NCBI GenBank assembly: GCA_008369845.1
Contig: MRSU01002770.1
Location: 1 to 54,828 of the forward strand
DNA from: Trichomonas gallinae
Lineage: Eukaryota
DNA: 54,828 nucleotides
Direction of reading: 5' to 3'
Shown: positions 1-10,057 of the stretch, piece by piece
Layout of the letters: the number at the start of each line of letters is the position of its first letter
How positions within the stretch are numbered: the stretch's first letter is position 1
The notes under the pieces: generated by a model
What the model saw: the letters and a program-made list of their open reading frames with translations, nothing else
Databases searched by the model: none
Told to the model about the DNA's origin: nothing
Made by a program: the position numbers and the translations under genes

Positions 1-152
1 GAATGTTTTATACCGAGAATCTTAATCTAGACAGTAAAATAAAGCATTCATATTTCGCCAAGAAAAACGCCAAGTTTTTATGGTTTTGATCATGGAATAT
101 TGCATTTTTTCAAAGTGAGGTCAATAACCTTACGGGCGTTCCGAACCCTTAA
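1..152. mobile_element. Possible terminus of a TTAA-target DNA transposon (Kolobok-like); other end outside window
   Basis: GC-rich ...TACGGGCGTTCCGAACCC ends exactly at TTAA (149-152), after which the sequence becomes very AT-rich; the reverse strand reads TTAA-GGGTTCGGAACGCCC. No partner TIR is visible. Confidence 0.25.
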
Positions 153-568
153 TGAAATATGTTTTCAATTTTAATTCACCTTTTTCATATGATTTGATGC
201 ATTGATATAGGTTGATATTACTGTATACATCTAAATATAATGATATATACCTCAAAATCTGTTATAAATCTTGAAATTATAACAATTGATTTAGATAGAA
301 TTGTAGCAGATTAATTAAAATACATTTAATGGTATTAATCATATATACACTACATCAAATAATTTAACCAACATCATAAATATGTAATTATTGCTATAAA
401 TATCAAAATATAAATTCAATCTTCTATAAAATGCAATAAATACAAGTCAAAAATGTGCTATAAGGAACAATGAGTCTAAGGGATTGCATAACAATGAAAT
501 TTCGACTGATTCAAAAAAATATTATAATATTATTGGATTGATTGGGAGTTGTTTATATGGAGAGAGAT

Positions 569-994
569 TTACTCCTGCTGTGGGCGCTCACCGCGTGGTG
601 GGCGTTCGCCACGGAAGCCACCGCGCTGTGGGCGATCGCCACGTGGGGCACCACCGAAGCGGCGTGGGCCACGGCCCTGTGGGCGTTCACGGCGGGACTC
701 AAGGACCTTTGTCTCAGCTTCGCGGAGTGTAGCTGGGGCGGCGTTTGCTGGAAGGCCGAAGTAGTTGCGAAGGTACTCGATGCCCTTGTCTGTGAGTGTG
801 TAGTAGGCATGGGACCAGGCATATGTCTTTGTGCAGAAGCCCTTTGTGACGAAGGCGCGGCCGATCTGATATGGGTAGATGTTGAGGCATTCGAGCTCCT
901 CGTGTGTGCCAGACTGAACATCAGAGACGCAGAGAACACCGTTCTCGAAGAGGTAGCGGAGAATTCTCCTGCGGATGGCTGTTGGCATATACAT
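569..994 (-). CDS. RPS10: 40S ribosomal protein S10 (eS10)
   Basis: ILRYLFENGV, FVTKGFCTKTYAWSHAYYTLTDKGIEYLRNYFGLP..APATL match the eS10 domain; Arg/Gly-rich tail; high-GC codon bias of a highly expressed gene; stop overlaps TAAA. Confidence 0.96.
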   Translation of the reverse strand: MYMPTAIRRRILRYLFENGVLCVSDVQSGTHEELECLNIYPYQIGRAFVTKGFCTKTYAWSHAYYTLTDKGIEYLRNYFGLPANAAPATLREAETKVLESRRERPQGRGPRRFGGAPRGDRPQRGGFRGERPPRGERPQQE

Positions 995-1001
995 CTTGGG
1001 T

Positions 1002-1023
1002 AAAAGGTAGAACCATAACCGTA
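1002..1023 (-). promoter_or_regulatory. Trichomonas M3 (Myb-like ACGGTT) plus M5 (CCTTT) core promoter of RPS10
   Basis: Minus strand reads TACGGTTATggttctaCCTTTTacccaagATG. The M3+M5 combination is described for T. vaginalis ribosomal protein genes. Confidence 0.75.
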
Positions 1024-1435
1024 AAATCTGTCAAATAAGATTTTTGACAAAATGAATTTACAAGACAAATACAACTTTACATGGCAAATATTTTTTGATT
1101 TTGATTTTACAAAGTAGCATTAATTTGTGCTTCATATAATGATAATTATGAAGTTTCTGAAATAAGTGCCAACGCACAAAACAAAGACAAATGAACATTT
1201 TTGAATTGTGCTTCTAGAAAACAGTTATAATTAGGATGTCAAAATTCTTCGCACAAATCATGGAATGGATGATTATTCGAATGATAAATATAACAAAATT
1301 GCTTTGAATCGAGCTTCATTTAAAGGTCGTCATAAAGTTGCATAACTCCTTTTTTTTTCATTTCCTTATGAATTTTGACTTGAATAAAAAAGTCAACTTC
1401 AAGTTAACAAACATTTTATATATAAATGTTAAACA

Positions 1436-3370
1436 TTAGAAATATTTAGATTTGAGAGATGCAGGGCTATAGTCACCATGTTTTCCTCTCCTCTTTCTTC
1501 GTAATATTATTGCAATAACAAGTGCAATCATTACTGAAATAAATGAAGCAACAATGATAAAAGAAATGACAGGATGACGCTTTGCGAACGAATTGACTGT
1601 TGGAGAAGGTAATGGAAAAACAGCTGGTGATGGTTTTGGTGTTGGAACCGGTGTTTGCGCAGGAGTCCTTGAAGGAGCATGAAAATCAGTGACAATTCCC
1701 TTCCAAACGTAATATTGACTTGAATCTACTTTACATTGCGGCGCATAATACTTCATGAAAGATTCCTTGTCAGTGTAAACTAATTTGATTGATTCACTTC
1801 CTGTTTTAACAAACACATCTTCAGAAAAAGTGTTTGGTGGTGTAATACCGAATCTCACTCTATCTAGATTTTTACAATCTTTGAAAATATTTGAAAACCT
1901 TTCTTGCACAGTTTTTAATTTCGTCATCTCAATAGATTTGAGTGATTCGCAGCCATTAAACACATAATCACCATCAATTGATTCAACTTTCTCAAGATTT
2001 AATGAAACTAATTTCCTGCAATTTTCAAAAGCTCTTGCTGATATTGATTTGGCCTCTGGAATCATAGCTGATGATAGCTCTGTGCAATCTTTGAATAAAG
2101 TATTAGATACAGTAGTTAGTTGTCTGAATGATACCTTTTCAATAGTTTTTGGTATTGATAAAATGTTGACAAAATCTTTGACTCCTAAAGTTAATATTTT
2201 AAGCTGCTGAATATAGCCGAATAAAGTTATATCAACTGTTTCTGCCGAAGGAGCATATAACTCTGTCAAAGGAATACTCGATCCGAAATGATAATATCTT
2301 AAAATAGTAGCAGAATCAATCATGATTTTTTGCAAAAATGTGCAGTTATAAAATGAATTGTTTCCAATATTTATACAAACAGGTAGATTAACTTCTTTCA
2401 CTTTTGATGATGCAAAACATTGTTCTCCAATATCAGCACAATCAGGGAAGTTTGCAACTTCAAGGCCACTCTCAGCAAAAGCGAGAGCTTTCGCATGATA
2501 AAGATTTTGACAATCGATTTTTTTCAAATTCTTGCAATATTTAAAAGCATGCTCTGATATTACAGTACACTTCGGCAGACTTATTTCTTCAATAGAACAG
2601 TTATAGAAGCCTCTTAATGCTACATTTTCAACAGAATCTGCAGATACAGATTTAAGATTGAAACAATTTTGGAAAGCCATATCATATATAAACTGTACTT
2701 TGTTCATAACTATTTTTTCTAACGAAGAATCAGCGAAAACGCTATTAAAAATTAGTGTGCACACATCAAGATAGACTTCTTTCAGCTTCATGCAATGCGA
2801 AAATGCAGATTGGAAAACATGTTGGAGTTTTGGCAAATGCAAAATTTCTAGAGAATCACAACCGTAAAAAGCTTTCTCTTGGATTTTTATTACATTTTCT
2901 AAATTAATTTGGGAAAGGCTTGAACAGTAAAATGATTTTTCTTTTATTTCCGCGAGGTTTGGAGCAATAATTGTCATTAAATTTGTACAATCAGAAAATG
3001 AATTTGCCATAATCGATGTACAATTAACTAATTCGACGTATTTTAGATCTGTACATTGCATAAATACGTTAATTCCGAGTGATTCAACGCCTGGAATTAT
3101 AGCTTTTTGTATTTTCGATTTTGCAAATTTATCATTTGGTATTGAGCCAGAACACGTATTATTATTAACTGTGAATTCTATTAATGATGTAAATTCTTTA
3201 ATATCGAAGTCATTGAAGCTAAATGAACCATTGATAATTTCAATTTTTTGTACAATCGATTTATTAATGCTGTTATCTGTTAAAATGCTCTTAAAACTAT
3301 CGCCTGTATACTTTTGATCGTCTAATTTAATAGATAAGCATCCAATCAAGCTGCATAATACAAAAATCAT
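1436..3370 (-). CDS. BspA-like TpLRR surface protein with Pro-rich linker, one TM helix and short cytosolic tail
   Basis: Repeated I..xAFxxCxxLxxIxLP TpLRR units, hydrophobic N-terminus, PSRTPAQTPVPTPKPSP linker, TM (VISFIIVASFISVMIALVIAIIL) followed by RRKRR. Confidence 0.9.
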   Translation of the reverse strand: MIFVLCSLIGCLSIKLDDQKYTGDSFKSILTDNSINKSIVQKIEIINGSFSFNDFDIKEFTSLIEFTVNNNTCSGSIPNDKFAKSKIQKAIIPGVESLGINVFMQCTDLKYVELVNCTSIMANSFSDCTNLMTIIAPNLAEIKEKSFYCSSLSQINLENVIKIQEKAFYGCDSLEILHLPKLQHVFQSAFSHCMKLKEVYLDVCTLIFNSVFADSSLEKIVMNKVQFIYDMAFQNCFNLKSVSADSVENVALRGFYNCSIEEISLPKCTVISEHAFKYCKNLKKIDCQNLYHAKALAFAESGLEVANFPDCADIGEQCFASSKVKEVNLPVCINIGNNSFYNCTFLQKIMIDSATILRYYHFGSSIPLTELYAPSAETVDITLFGYIQQLKILTLGVKDFVNILSIPKTIEKVSFRQLTTVSNTLFKDCTELSSAMIPEAKSISARAFENCRKLVSLNLEKVESIDGDYVFNGCESLKSIEMTKLKTVQERFSNIFKDCKNLDRVRFGITPPNTFSEDVFVKTGSESIKLVYTDKESFMKYYAPQCKVDSSQYYVWKGIVTDFHAPSRTPAQTPVPTPKPSPAVFPLPSPTVNSFAKRHPVISFIIVASFISVMIALVIAIILRRKRRGKHGDYSPASLKSKYF

Positions 3371-4128
3371 ATAAAATAACGATGATAGTCAAACTTTGTC
3401 AAAAAAACTGCCGTTGTAAAATTTACATGACATTTTCATTATCACATGTCAAATTATTAATTATAAATCATACGATTATTTTCAATTCAAATTTCAATGC
3501 GATTTAAAGCTTTTGAGAGAACAGTGTAACTTCAACTTCAGCATCATCTGTCAAAATAGATGCGCAGAGCAATTGTTCTGCATATTGAGTGCTTTCCTTT
3601 TCCTTGCAAATATTGAGTAGAACCGTCGACAGCCATGTTGACTGCGTATCTATTACTATTACTGAATCGTCGACAGGCATCATCAAATAAAGGAACGAGT
3701 TTCTTTTCCTTGCAAATATATTAAATTCACATTGAATCCAATGATATTCGTCGTGCATGATACTTTGTTGACATAAGCGAGTTCTTCCTTCAACTTTTAT
3801 AAAAATTTATCATTTAAATGATTTTATGAATATAATGATTCTAAAATGTGCTTCGAGTGAAAAAAGATCTCGTTTTGATGACAAAATTTGTCATTGTTAT
3901 CATCATTTTGTTCTACATCATCTAGATTATCTGTTATTATTTAACATGGAGGTGTATTATTGCATAATGTCTTTTTTTGATTAATTTGGACACTCTATTT
4001 TTATGAGAAAAAAAAATTTATATGGATGTTAGCATACTATAACATTCTTCGTTTGATTTTATGTCTGAATTCATCAAAATACTATAGTGTTAAAAATATT
4101 TCATGAGATGTTTAAAACAATATATAAA

Positions 4129-7100
4129 TTAATTTGCGTTTTCTTGTAGTGCAAATTCTGGCTTTGAAACATAATAAGTAATTTGCTTTCCTTTTCCTTT
4201 CAAGAATGTTTCTCCACGTTTCTCAAATTCATAGCTGAGTTCGTTCACCAAATCATAAGTTGCCTGAGATATGTGAACATGATTTACTTCACTTGTTGTC
4301 TGCAATCTTGCTGCAACGTTGATCGTATCACCAATGATATCGAAAACAGGTTTATCTGTTCCCAAAACGCCACCAATCAGTGGGCCACCCGTGTTAACGC
4401 CAATTCTGATTGCCAAGGCTGCCTCTATTTTCGTATTGACTTCGTCTAACGCGTTGATACATTCCAATCCGAAGTCTATTGTTTGCTCAGCATGAGTTAT
4501 TGGCTGTGCATCAGGATTGAACAAACCAGAAGCTGCCATGTAGATATCTCCAATCAGTTTGATTTTCGTGATCATGTTATATTTCGAGCAAAGTTTATCG
4601 ATTGCAGCGAAATAGAATGAAAGGTTTGCCATGATTTCTTGTGGACTCAAATTGACTGTGTATTCAGAGAATTTGTTGATATCAATGAAAATAACAGTTG
4701 CTGATGGAACTAAGAATGAAATATCAGTTTCGCCACGATTTAGTTGAACAACAATGTCTCTTGGCAAGATTTGATACAGCAAACTTTCACTCTTTGCTTT
4801 AGCTTCTTCTGCTTGTTGCTTTTGTTTGACTAAGGCTGTTTGGTCTCTGAGAATGACAACAAAAGAGTTGATTTTGTTTTCATTTTCTTTCTTCATGCCA
4901 ATTATGATGATATGAACAGGAATTTCTTGCGTAATATCTGATATTGCTGTGAAATCATCTTCATAGAATGATGAAATTTGTCCTTCTTTCATCATGACAA
5001 ATTTCTGAATTAGTGTTTCTGCATCTTTCGTGCTGAAGAAATCGTCAAGTTTCTGACCGAGAATTTGCTCTGGTTTATAACCTAAAAGAGATGTAACTGA
5101 ATTATTGACAATTTCAACCATTCCCATCAATGATGTGCAGAAGATCGAATCATTGGCGTTTTGAATGATTGTGTTTTCAATTGTCATCTTTCTGTTGTGA
5201 CTTGAACTGTTTCCTTTCAAGAACAATTTGATGAACATTTTGTTGTTGATCAAAGTGAAAGGATTGAATCTCTTCAAGACAAATAAAGCAGCTCTATACG
5301 TTCCTAATCGATTCCTATAGAACATTGACACAAACCAGATATAAATTGCCACGAAAAAAACAACGCAAACATAGATTGCTATGTAGAAAATGTTGATGTC
5401 TGTTAAAACTTTTTGACCGAGTTCTAAAATTCTGTTTGTTGACTGCTCTTCTTTGTAAAACAGTCTGTCATTCATCAAATAAATAACATTAGCTACCAAT
5501 GCATCATCAACTGTGCCTCCTGATAGAATTGATTTGAGAATAGAATTGATATAGTTGTAAAGAACATTGATCATTCCATGAATTGATAAATTCATGAAAT
5601 AATCCTGCGGACTTGTTGAATTTGCGACAATCTCTCCATCAATGGCATTCAGTGAATCTAGGATTGAATCATATCCATAACAAGCTTCAGTTTTCTCAGA
5701 GCCTTTAATGAAATGATTATCAGCTTCAACGAGTTTTTGGGCGATGAAATACGACAATTGGCAAAGCGTTTGTATTGATGATATCTTGAAATTATCTGGT
5801 CTGTCGTGAATAATAATTGCAGAAGTCAAAATGTTCATTGTTTCTGCTGTCAATGAGCTTCTTAATGATGAATACATGTTCCAGCCATTTAACTTCTTGA
5901 GCTCTTCATTGGAAGACATAATATAAAGTCCTGATATCAAACACATCAACAGGCACAAAACAGACATCAAACCAATAACAGACAAAATAATAATGCTGTT
6001 TGAACTGTGATGATTATTTTCAGTGAAAGAAAGTCCATCTGAAGAATTTACAATGATATCTTCTTTCGCAGCGTTTTTGTCTGCTTGGTCCATTGTATTG
6101 AAGATCTCCAATATGTTCTTGAATAGTCTGTTGATGGCAAAATGGATAATAATAACTGGAACGAAAATAATAATAAATGTGATAATCGGAAGTGAAATTG
6201 ATAGTTTGTTCAATGTTTTTCTTGTCTCTTCTCCTCTTTCTAACTGGAATTCAGAGATGTTCCCATATAATGAAGTAGCTCCAAAATAGAAGTTTTGGAA
6301 GTTTGCTGTTATTTCGCAAACCGATGGATCATTCATGATATTCAATACGTCTGCATATCCACTGACTTCCCTCTGATTTGCCATGTAAGCTGCAAAAATT
6401 GACTGGAAAGAAGCAGCATTAAGACGAAAAGGCATTCCAGTAGGTGTGCAAACAGCATATTGTAGAGACTCTTCATACAATGAACTTGCAAAATTCTGTA
6501 CATTTTTGCCTTGAAGGGCATAATTCGTCACAATATCAATCAGCTGAGAGAAACTTTCAGACGATTTTTGAGTGTATTTTATCATTGGTGGCAGCATGTT
6601 TATCAGCATGTCAATGTAATAATGATCATCTGATCTGAACATAGTTAACATGATGTTGTTGTATTTGTCGAAGTTTCCGTATTCTCTTGCGTATTCTATG
6701 ATAAGATTAACGTTACTCAAGGCGAGATAGAATCTTGCTTCTGCGAATGTTTTCAACGGCAGCATTGTTTCTTCGTGATCACTTAATAGTTTGCTTGTAT
6801 ATGCATCGAAGACAGCAAACATCACTAAACAATATAATGCAATTAATGTTGTTATTGGAATAATAACTTTGATAGAAAATGGGACTTTTGTTTCCAACAT
6901 CGAATCCAAAGCAAGTCTGACTTTTGAATTTTTAATGGTTTGTTTTCCAAGGTATTCAATGATTGAATCATCAACTTCATCAATGCTACTCATTGAATCA
7001 TAGTTGCCTCCACTATTTGACTGTGATTGTGACGAAGAAAGTGAAGCGTTTGCGTTCTTTCTGTCTATTTCTCTTGCACGAATTTGATCGACTACTTTTC

Positions 7101-8814
7101 CTTTCGTGTCAATAATTCCTTCAGTGAGATATTTTGGAAATGCTTGAACCATTGATCTAAAGCAAAGGTCTTTAGCAAAGTTTGCACCAGCTTCTAGCAT
7201 TTTTTGTTTGTTCTTCATTTTCAAGCCTTGTTTGAAACTTGTTTCTGCTTCAATCAAAAATCTCGCATATTCTTCATAAAATTTTGGATTATTTGGCTGA
7301 TAAAGAAGATTTTCTTCCCAGAGGACTTTGACTTTTGATGTTTTGTGATACAATTCTTCAAAGAAATGTATCTTCAGATCTTTTGTGTCGATTGCTGTCT
7401 TCACCATGTTTTCGCAGTTAGATGTCATGTTTTTGAGATCTGCAAGTTTTAGTTTGGCTGATGTTGAAGTAGAGAATTGTCTGATTGACTTAATAGCTTC
7501 AATTTGGTACATCAAGAAGCCAGTATCATATTTAAGTTTTCTCTTCTTTAACAGTAACAGCTGTAGTCTTCCTTGTAGTCTAGTTTCTAATGGGAAGAAA
7601 GAAGCAAGTTGAAGGCAAAGAGCTAAAATTGATTCGTCGTTGTAATTTTCTGCGATGAAATTGATTAATGTCCAATTATAGAAGCATGGACAGTAGTTCT
7701 GGAAAGCAATCTTGACGTAAAGTGTTGCTTTTCGTAAACTTAAGTCGAGGTTTAAAGATCTGTAGTATTCGTTTGCTTCGTCAACATTCGATAAATCAAC
7801 CTTCATCAATGAAGAAATTTTCTTCGTTATTAATCTAAAAAGAACCATTCCAACACCAACAAATGCAACAAAGATAACTACAATGCCAATTAGTGGGACT
7901 TTGTAGTCGACTTTGTCAGTGAAATAAATCACAATATTAAAAATATCGCCGCAGATGCATCCGAATATCCAACCGAATGAAAGTGAGTTCGTTGTGATGT
8001 CTACGTAAGGTACATTGACAATAGTGTAATATTCTTCGTAGGAATACATGGCAATGTGCAGGAAAATCGCAAATAAAGGAGCCCATTTCTCGAAAAGATT
8101 TAGAAGAAAATAAAGTTCAATTGAAGTGATCATAGCTATGATTGTCAGTACCATGATCTCTGGGTCAAAGTTCAGCAATGATGAAATATTGATGAAAATC
8201 GACTTTGACGCCAGTTTTTGCACTAATATGAACGATAATAATTCGAATGCAAGCGAAAGCATAAATAAGATCATTGAAACGATGATTTTAGGATCTTTAC
8301 TGCCTCTACATGTAAGTAAGAATGTTTCTCCTGTGTTAACTAGGCAAGATGCAACTGTTGCAACTAAAATCGTGTCAAAATATAATCTAATCGGGTAATT
8401 TATGATATTTACGAACTTTCTGTTAGCTTTGTAGTATAGAATTTGGAATGCAATCAATATCAAAATAATCGCGTTTACTGCAAATAAAATCGCGCCGAGA
8501 ATTATGTAACTATTTGCTTCAGCAGGTTGTGGTATGAAAAAGAAGATGCCTTTTAACAGCCTTATCGTATAATTGTCGTTTTTGATTAACCAATAATCAT
8601 TCCAAGGCCAAAGTGAGATGAAAAGTACTTGGAAGAAAAACAGTATTAGAAAAGGTTGAGTTATTATTACTGGAATCTTCGCATTTTGAAAAACAGAAGT
8701 AAATAATGGATATAAATTTGCAACAAATCCGCTTGTTTGTATTTCATCGTATAGATTCGTCGAGGGTGAACTTGTACTTGCTGATGGTGAAATTGATGGC
8801 TGCTGATTTTGCAT
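4129..8814 (-). CDS. Transmembrane adenylyl cyclase (class III) with PAS domain
   Basis: Many TM segments, PAS-like VNNSVTSLLGYKPEQILGQ, coiled coil SESLLYQILP, intact catalytic motifs IFIDINKFS, KIKLIGDIYM, RIGVNTG, FDIIGDTINVAARLQ (K/D indicate ATP specificity). Confidence 0.95.
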   Translation of the reverse strand: MQNQQPSISPSASTSSPSTNLYDEIQTSGFVANLYPLFTSVFQNAKIPVIITQPFLILFFFQVLFISLWPWNDYWLIKNDNYTIRLLKGIFFFIPQPAEANSYIILGAILFAVNAIILILIAFQILYYKANRKFVNIINYPIRLYFDTILVATVASCLVNTGETFLLTCRGSKDPKIIVSMILFMLSLAFELLSFILVQKLASKSIFINISSLLNFDPEIMVLTIIAMITSIELYFLLNLFEKWAPLFAIFLHIAMYSYEEYYTIVNVPYVDITTNSLSFGWIFGCICGDIFNIVIYFTDKVDYKVPLIGIVVIFVAFVGVGMVLFRLITKKISSLMKVDLSNVDEANEYYRSLNLDLSLRKATLYVKIAFQNYCPCFYNWTLINFIAENYNDESILALCLQLASFFPLETRLQGRLQLLLLKKRKLKYDTGFLMYQIEAIKSIRQFSTSTSAKLKLADLKNMTSNCENMVKTAIDTKDLKIHFFEELYHKTSKVKVLWEENLLYQPNNPKFYEEYARFLIEAETSFKQGLKMKNKQKMLEAGANFAKDLCFRSMVQAFPKYLTEGIIDTKGKVVDQIRAREIDRKNANASLSSSQSQSNSGGNYDSMSSIDEVDDSIIEYLGKQTIKNSKVRLALDSMLETKVPFSIKVIIPITTLIALYCLVMFAVFDAYTSKLLSDHEETMLPLKTFAEARFYLALSNVNLIIEYAREYGNFDKYNNIMLTMFRSDDHYYIDMLINMLPPMIKYTQKSSESFSQLIDIVTNYALQGKNVQNFASSLYEESLQYAVCTPTGMPFRLNAASFQSIFAAYMANQREVSGYADVLNIMNDPSVCEITANFQNFYFGATSLYGNISEFQLERGEETRKTLNKLSISLPIITFIIIFVPVIIIHFAINRLFKNILEIFNTMDQADKNAAKEDIIVNSSDGLSFTENNHHSSNSIIILSVIGLMSVLCLLMCLISGLYIMSSNEELKKLNGWNMYSSLRSSLTAETMNILTSAIIIHDRPDNFKISSIQTLCQLSYFIAQKLVEADNHFIKGSEKTEACYGYDSILDSLNAIDGEIVANSTSPQDYFMNLSIHGMINVLYNYINSILKSILSGGTVDDALVANVIYLMNDRLFYKEEQSTNRILELGQKVLTDINIFYIAIYVCVVFFVAIYIWFVSMFYRNRLGTYRAALFVLKRFNPFTLINNKMFIKLFLKGNSSSHNRKMTIENTIIQNANDSIFCTSLMGMVEIVNNSVTSLLGYKPEQILGQKLDDFFSTKDAETLIQKFVMMKEGQISSFYEDDFTAISDITQEIPVHIIIIGMKKENENKINSFVVILRDQTALVKQKQQAEEAKAKSESLLYQILPRDIVVQLNRGETDISFLVPSATVIFIDINKFSEYTVNLSPQEIMANLSFYFAAIDKLCSKYNMITKIKLIGDIYMAASGLFNPDAQPITHAEQTIDFGLECINALDEVNTKIEAALAIRIGVNTGGPLIGGVLGTDKPVFDIIGDTINVAARLQTTSEVNHVHISQATYDLVNELSYEFEKRGETFLKGKGKQITYYVSKPEFALQENAN

Positions 8815-10057
8815 AAAAATTTAGCTAAACAAAAAAATGCAAAGAATTTTGAATAAATTTTGAATTCGTATTGATCCATACATTGTTCTATAGCCATAGA
8901 TAATGCTAAAATCAAAATTATCTAATTGAAAACAGAATTTCGGTTAATTTTCACAATTTTTGAATTGCAAACGGAAAAAGTCAGAAAAACGTATTTTACG
9001 TTCTTAAAATCGAATGGTCTTAGTTTTCGTCATGATTGCAGCTAAATTATTAATTTCTTCAGCTCATTGAAAATAATTTCAATTTCTTTCTCAAATTTTA
9101 GCTTATAAAGTTTTGATATTATTTTTAAGACTATTCCATATATAATCAATGATTAACATCGAAAATAAAATCAATATTATTCTCTTCATAATCCATAGAT
9201 AACATAGATTTTATTTGCAAATAAAAGATCAATTTTGCTGAATTTTGCAAAAATTCGATTTTGATAATTTTTAAATATTTTTGCTTGTTATTATTGTAGA
9301 TAATATTTATTATAAAGAAAAGAAAATTTTGATAACAAAATCTGATTTTGATATAATAAGAATGCATTATTAGTACACATGAAAAATAGTTTTTCCACGA
9401 TAAGATGACAAAATTTTCAGCAAAAGAATTCGCTCTTAATCAAATTGGAGCATTTAAAATTAATGCATGTCACTGAACAAGTATCAACAGCGAAGCGAAG
9501 TGACGAAAATTTCAATGGGAATTAACCACTTTTTAACCTCTTACAAAAATAATTTCATTGTCTATTGTTTTAGCTAGATTCAAGTTTATGGCTCTACTCG
9601 TTTATAGCATGATCATTCAACCCTATGTTTTAGCACAAATATAGTCGAAATTAGTGAGAAATTTTGTTTGTTTATGTTTCAACATATCAAAATTAGCTTG
9701 AATCATCTTTTATAATGTGAAATATTCTTGTTTTATTACATATAAGATAATGATTATATAACATTTGATTAATTACCATCAAACAAAATATTCAGAAGAA
9801 ATTTTGATAATAGAATCAATTCTATTCCATTTGTAATCAATATATAGCATTATATTTGTAAATAAAACATTAACCTAGTTGAAATTGGAATAGATTTTTG
9901 GTTTCTAATAATAAATTGGTTATTTTTGTATATGTTATTAATAAATTCAATAAATGCATCATATATTTAAGCAATATACCATCAATATTGTTTAATTCAT
10001 TAAATAATAAAAAAAAATAAAATTATAATAAAATATTTAGAACAAATAATATAACAA

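Noticed and set aside
484..1074. Several overlapping alternative-frame and antisense ORFs over RPS10
   Set aside because: Shadow ORFs caused by the GC-rich codon bias of a highly expressed gene; no motifs of their own.
3504..3758. 84-aa ORF between BspA and the cyclase
   Set aside because: Short, with no motifs or clear Inr; cannot be supported as a gene.
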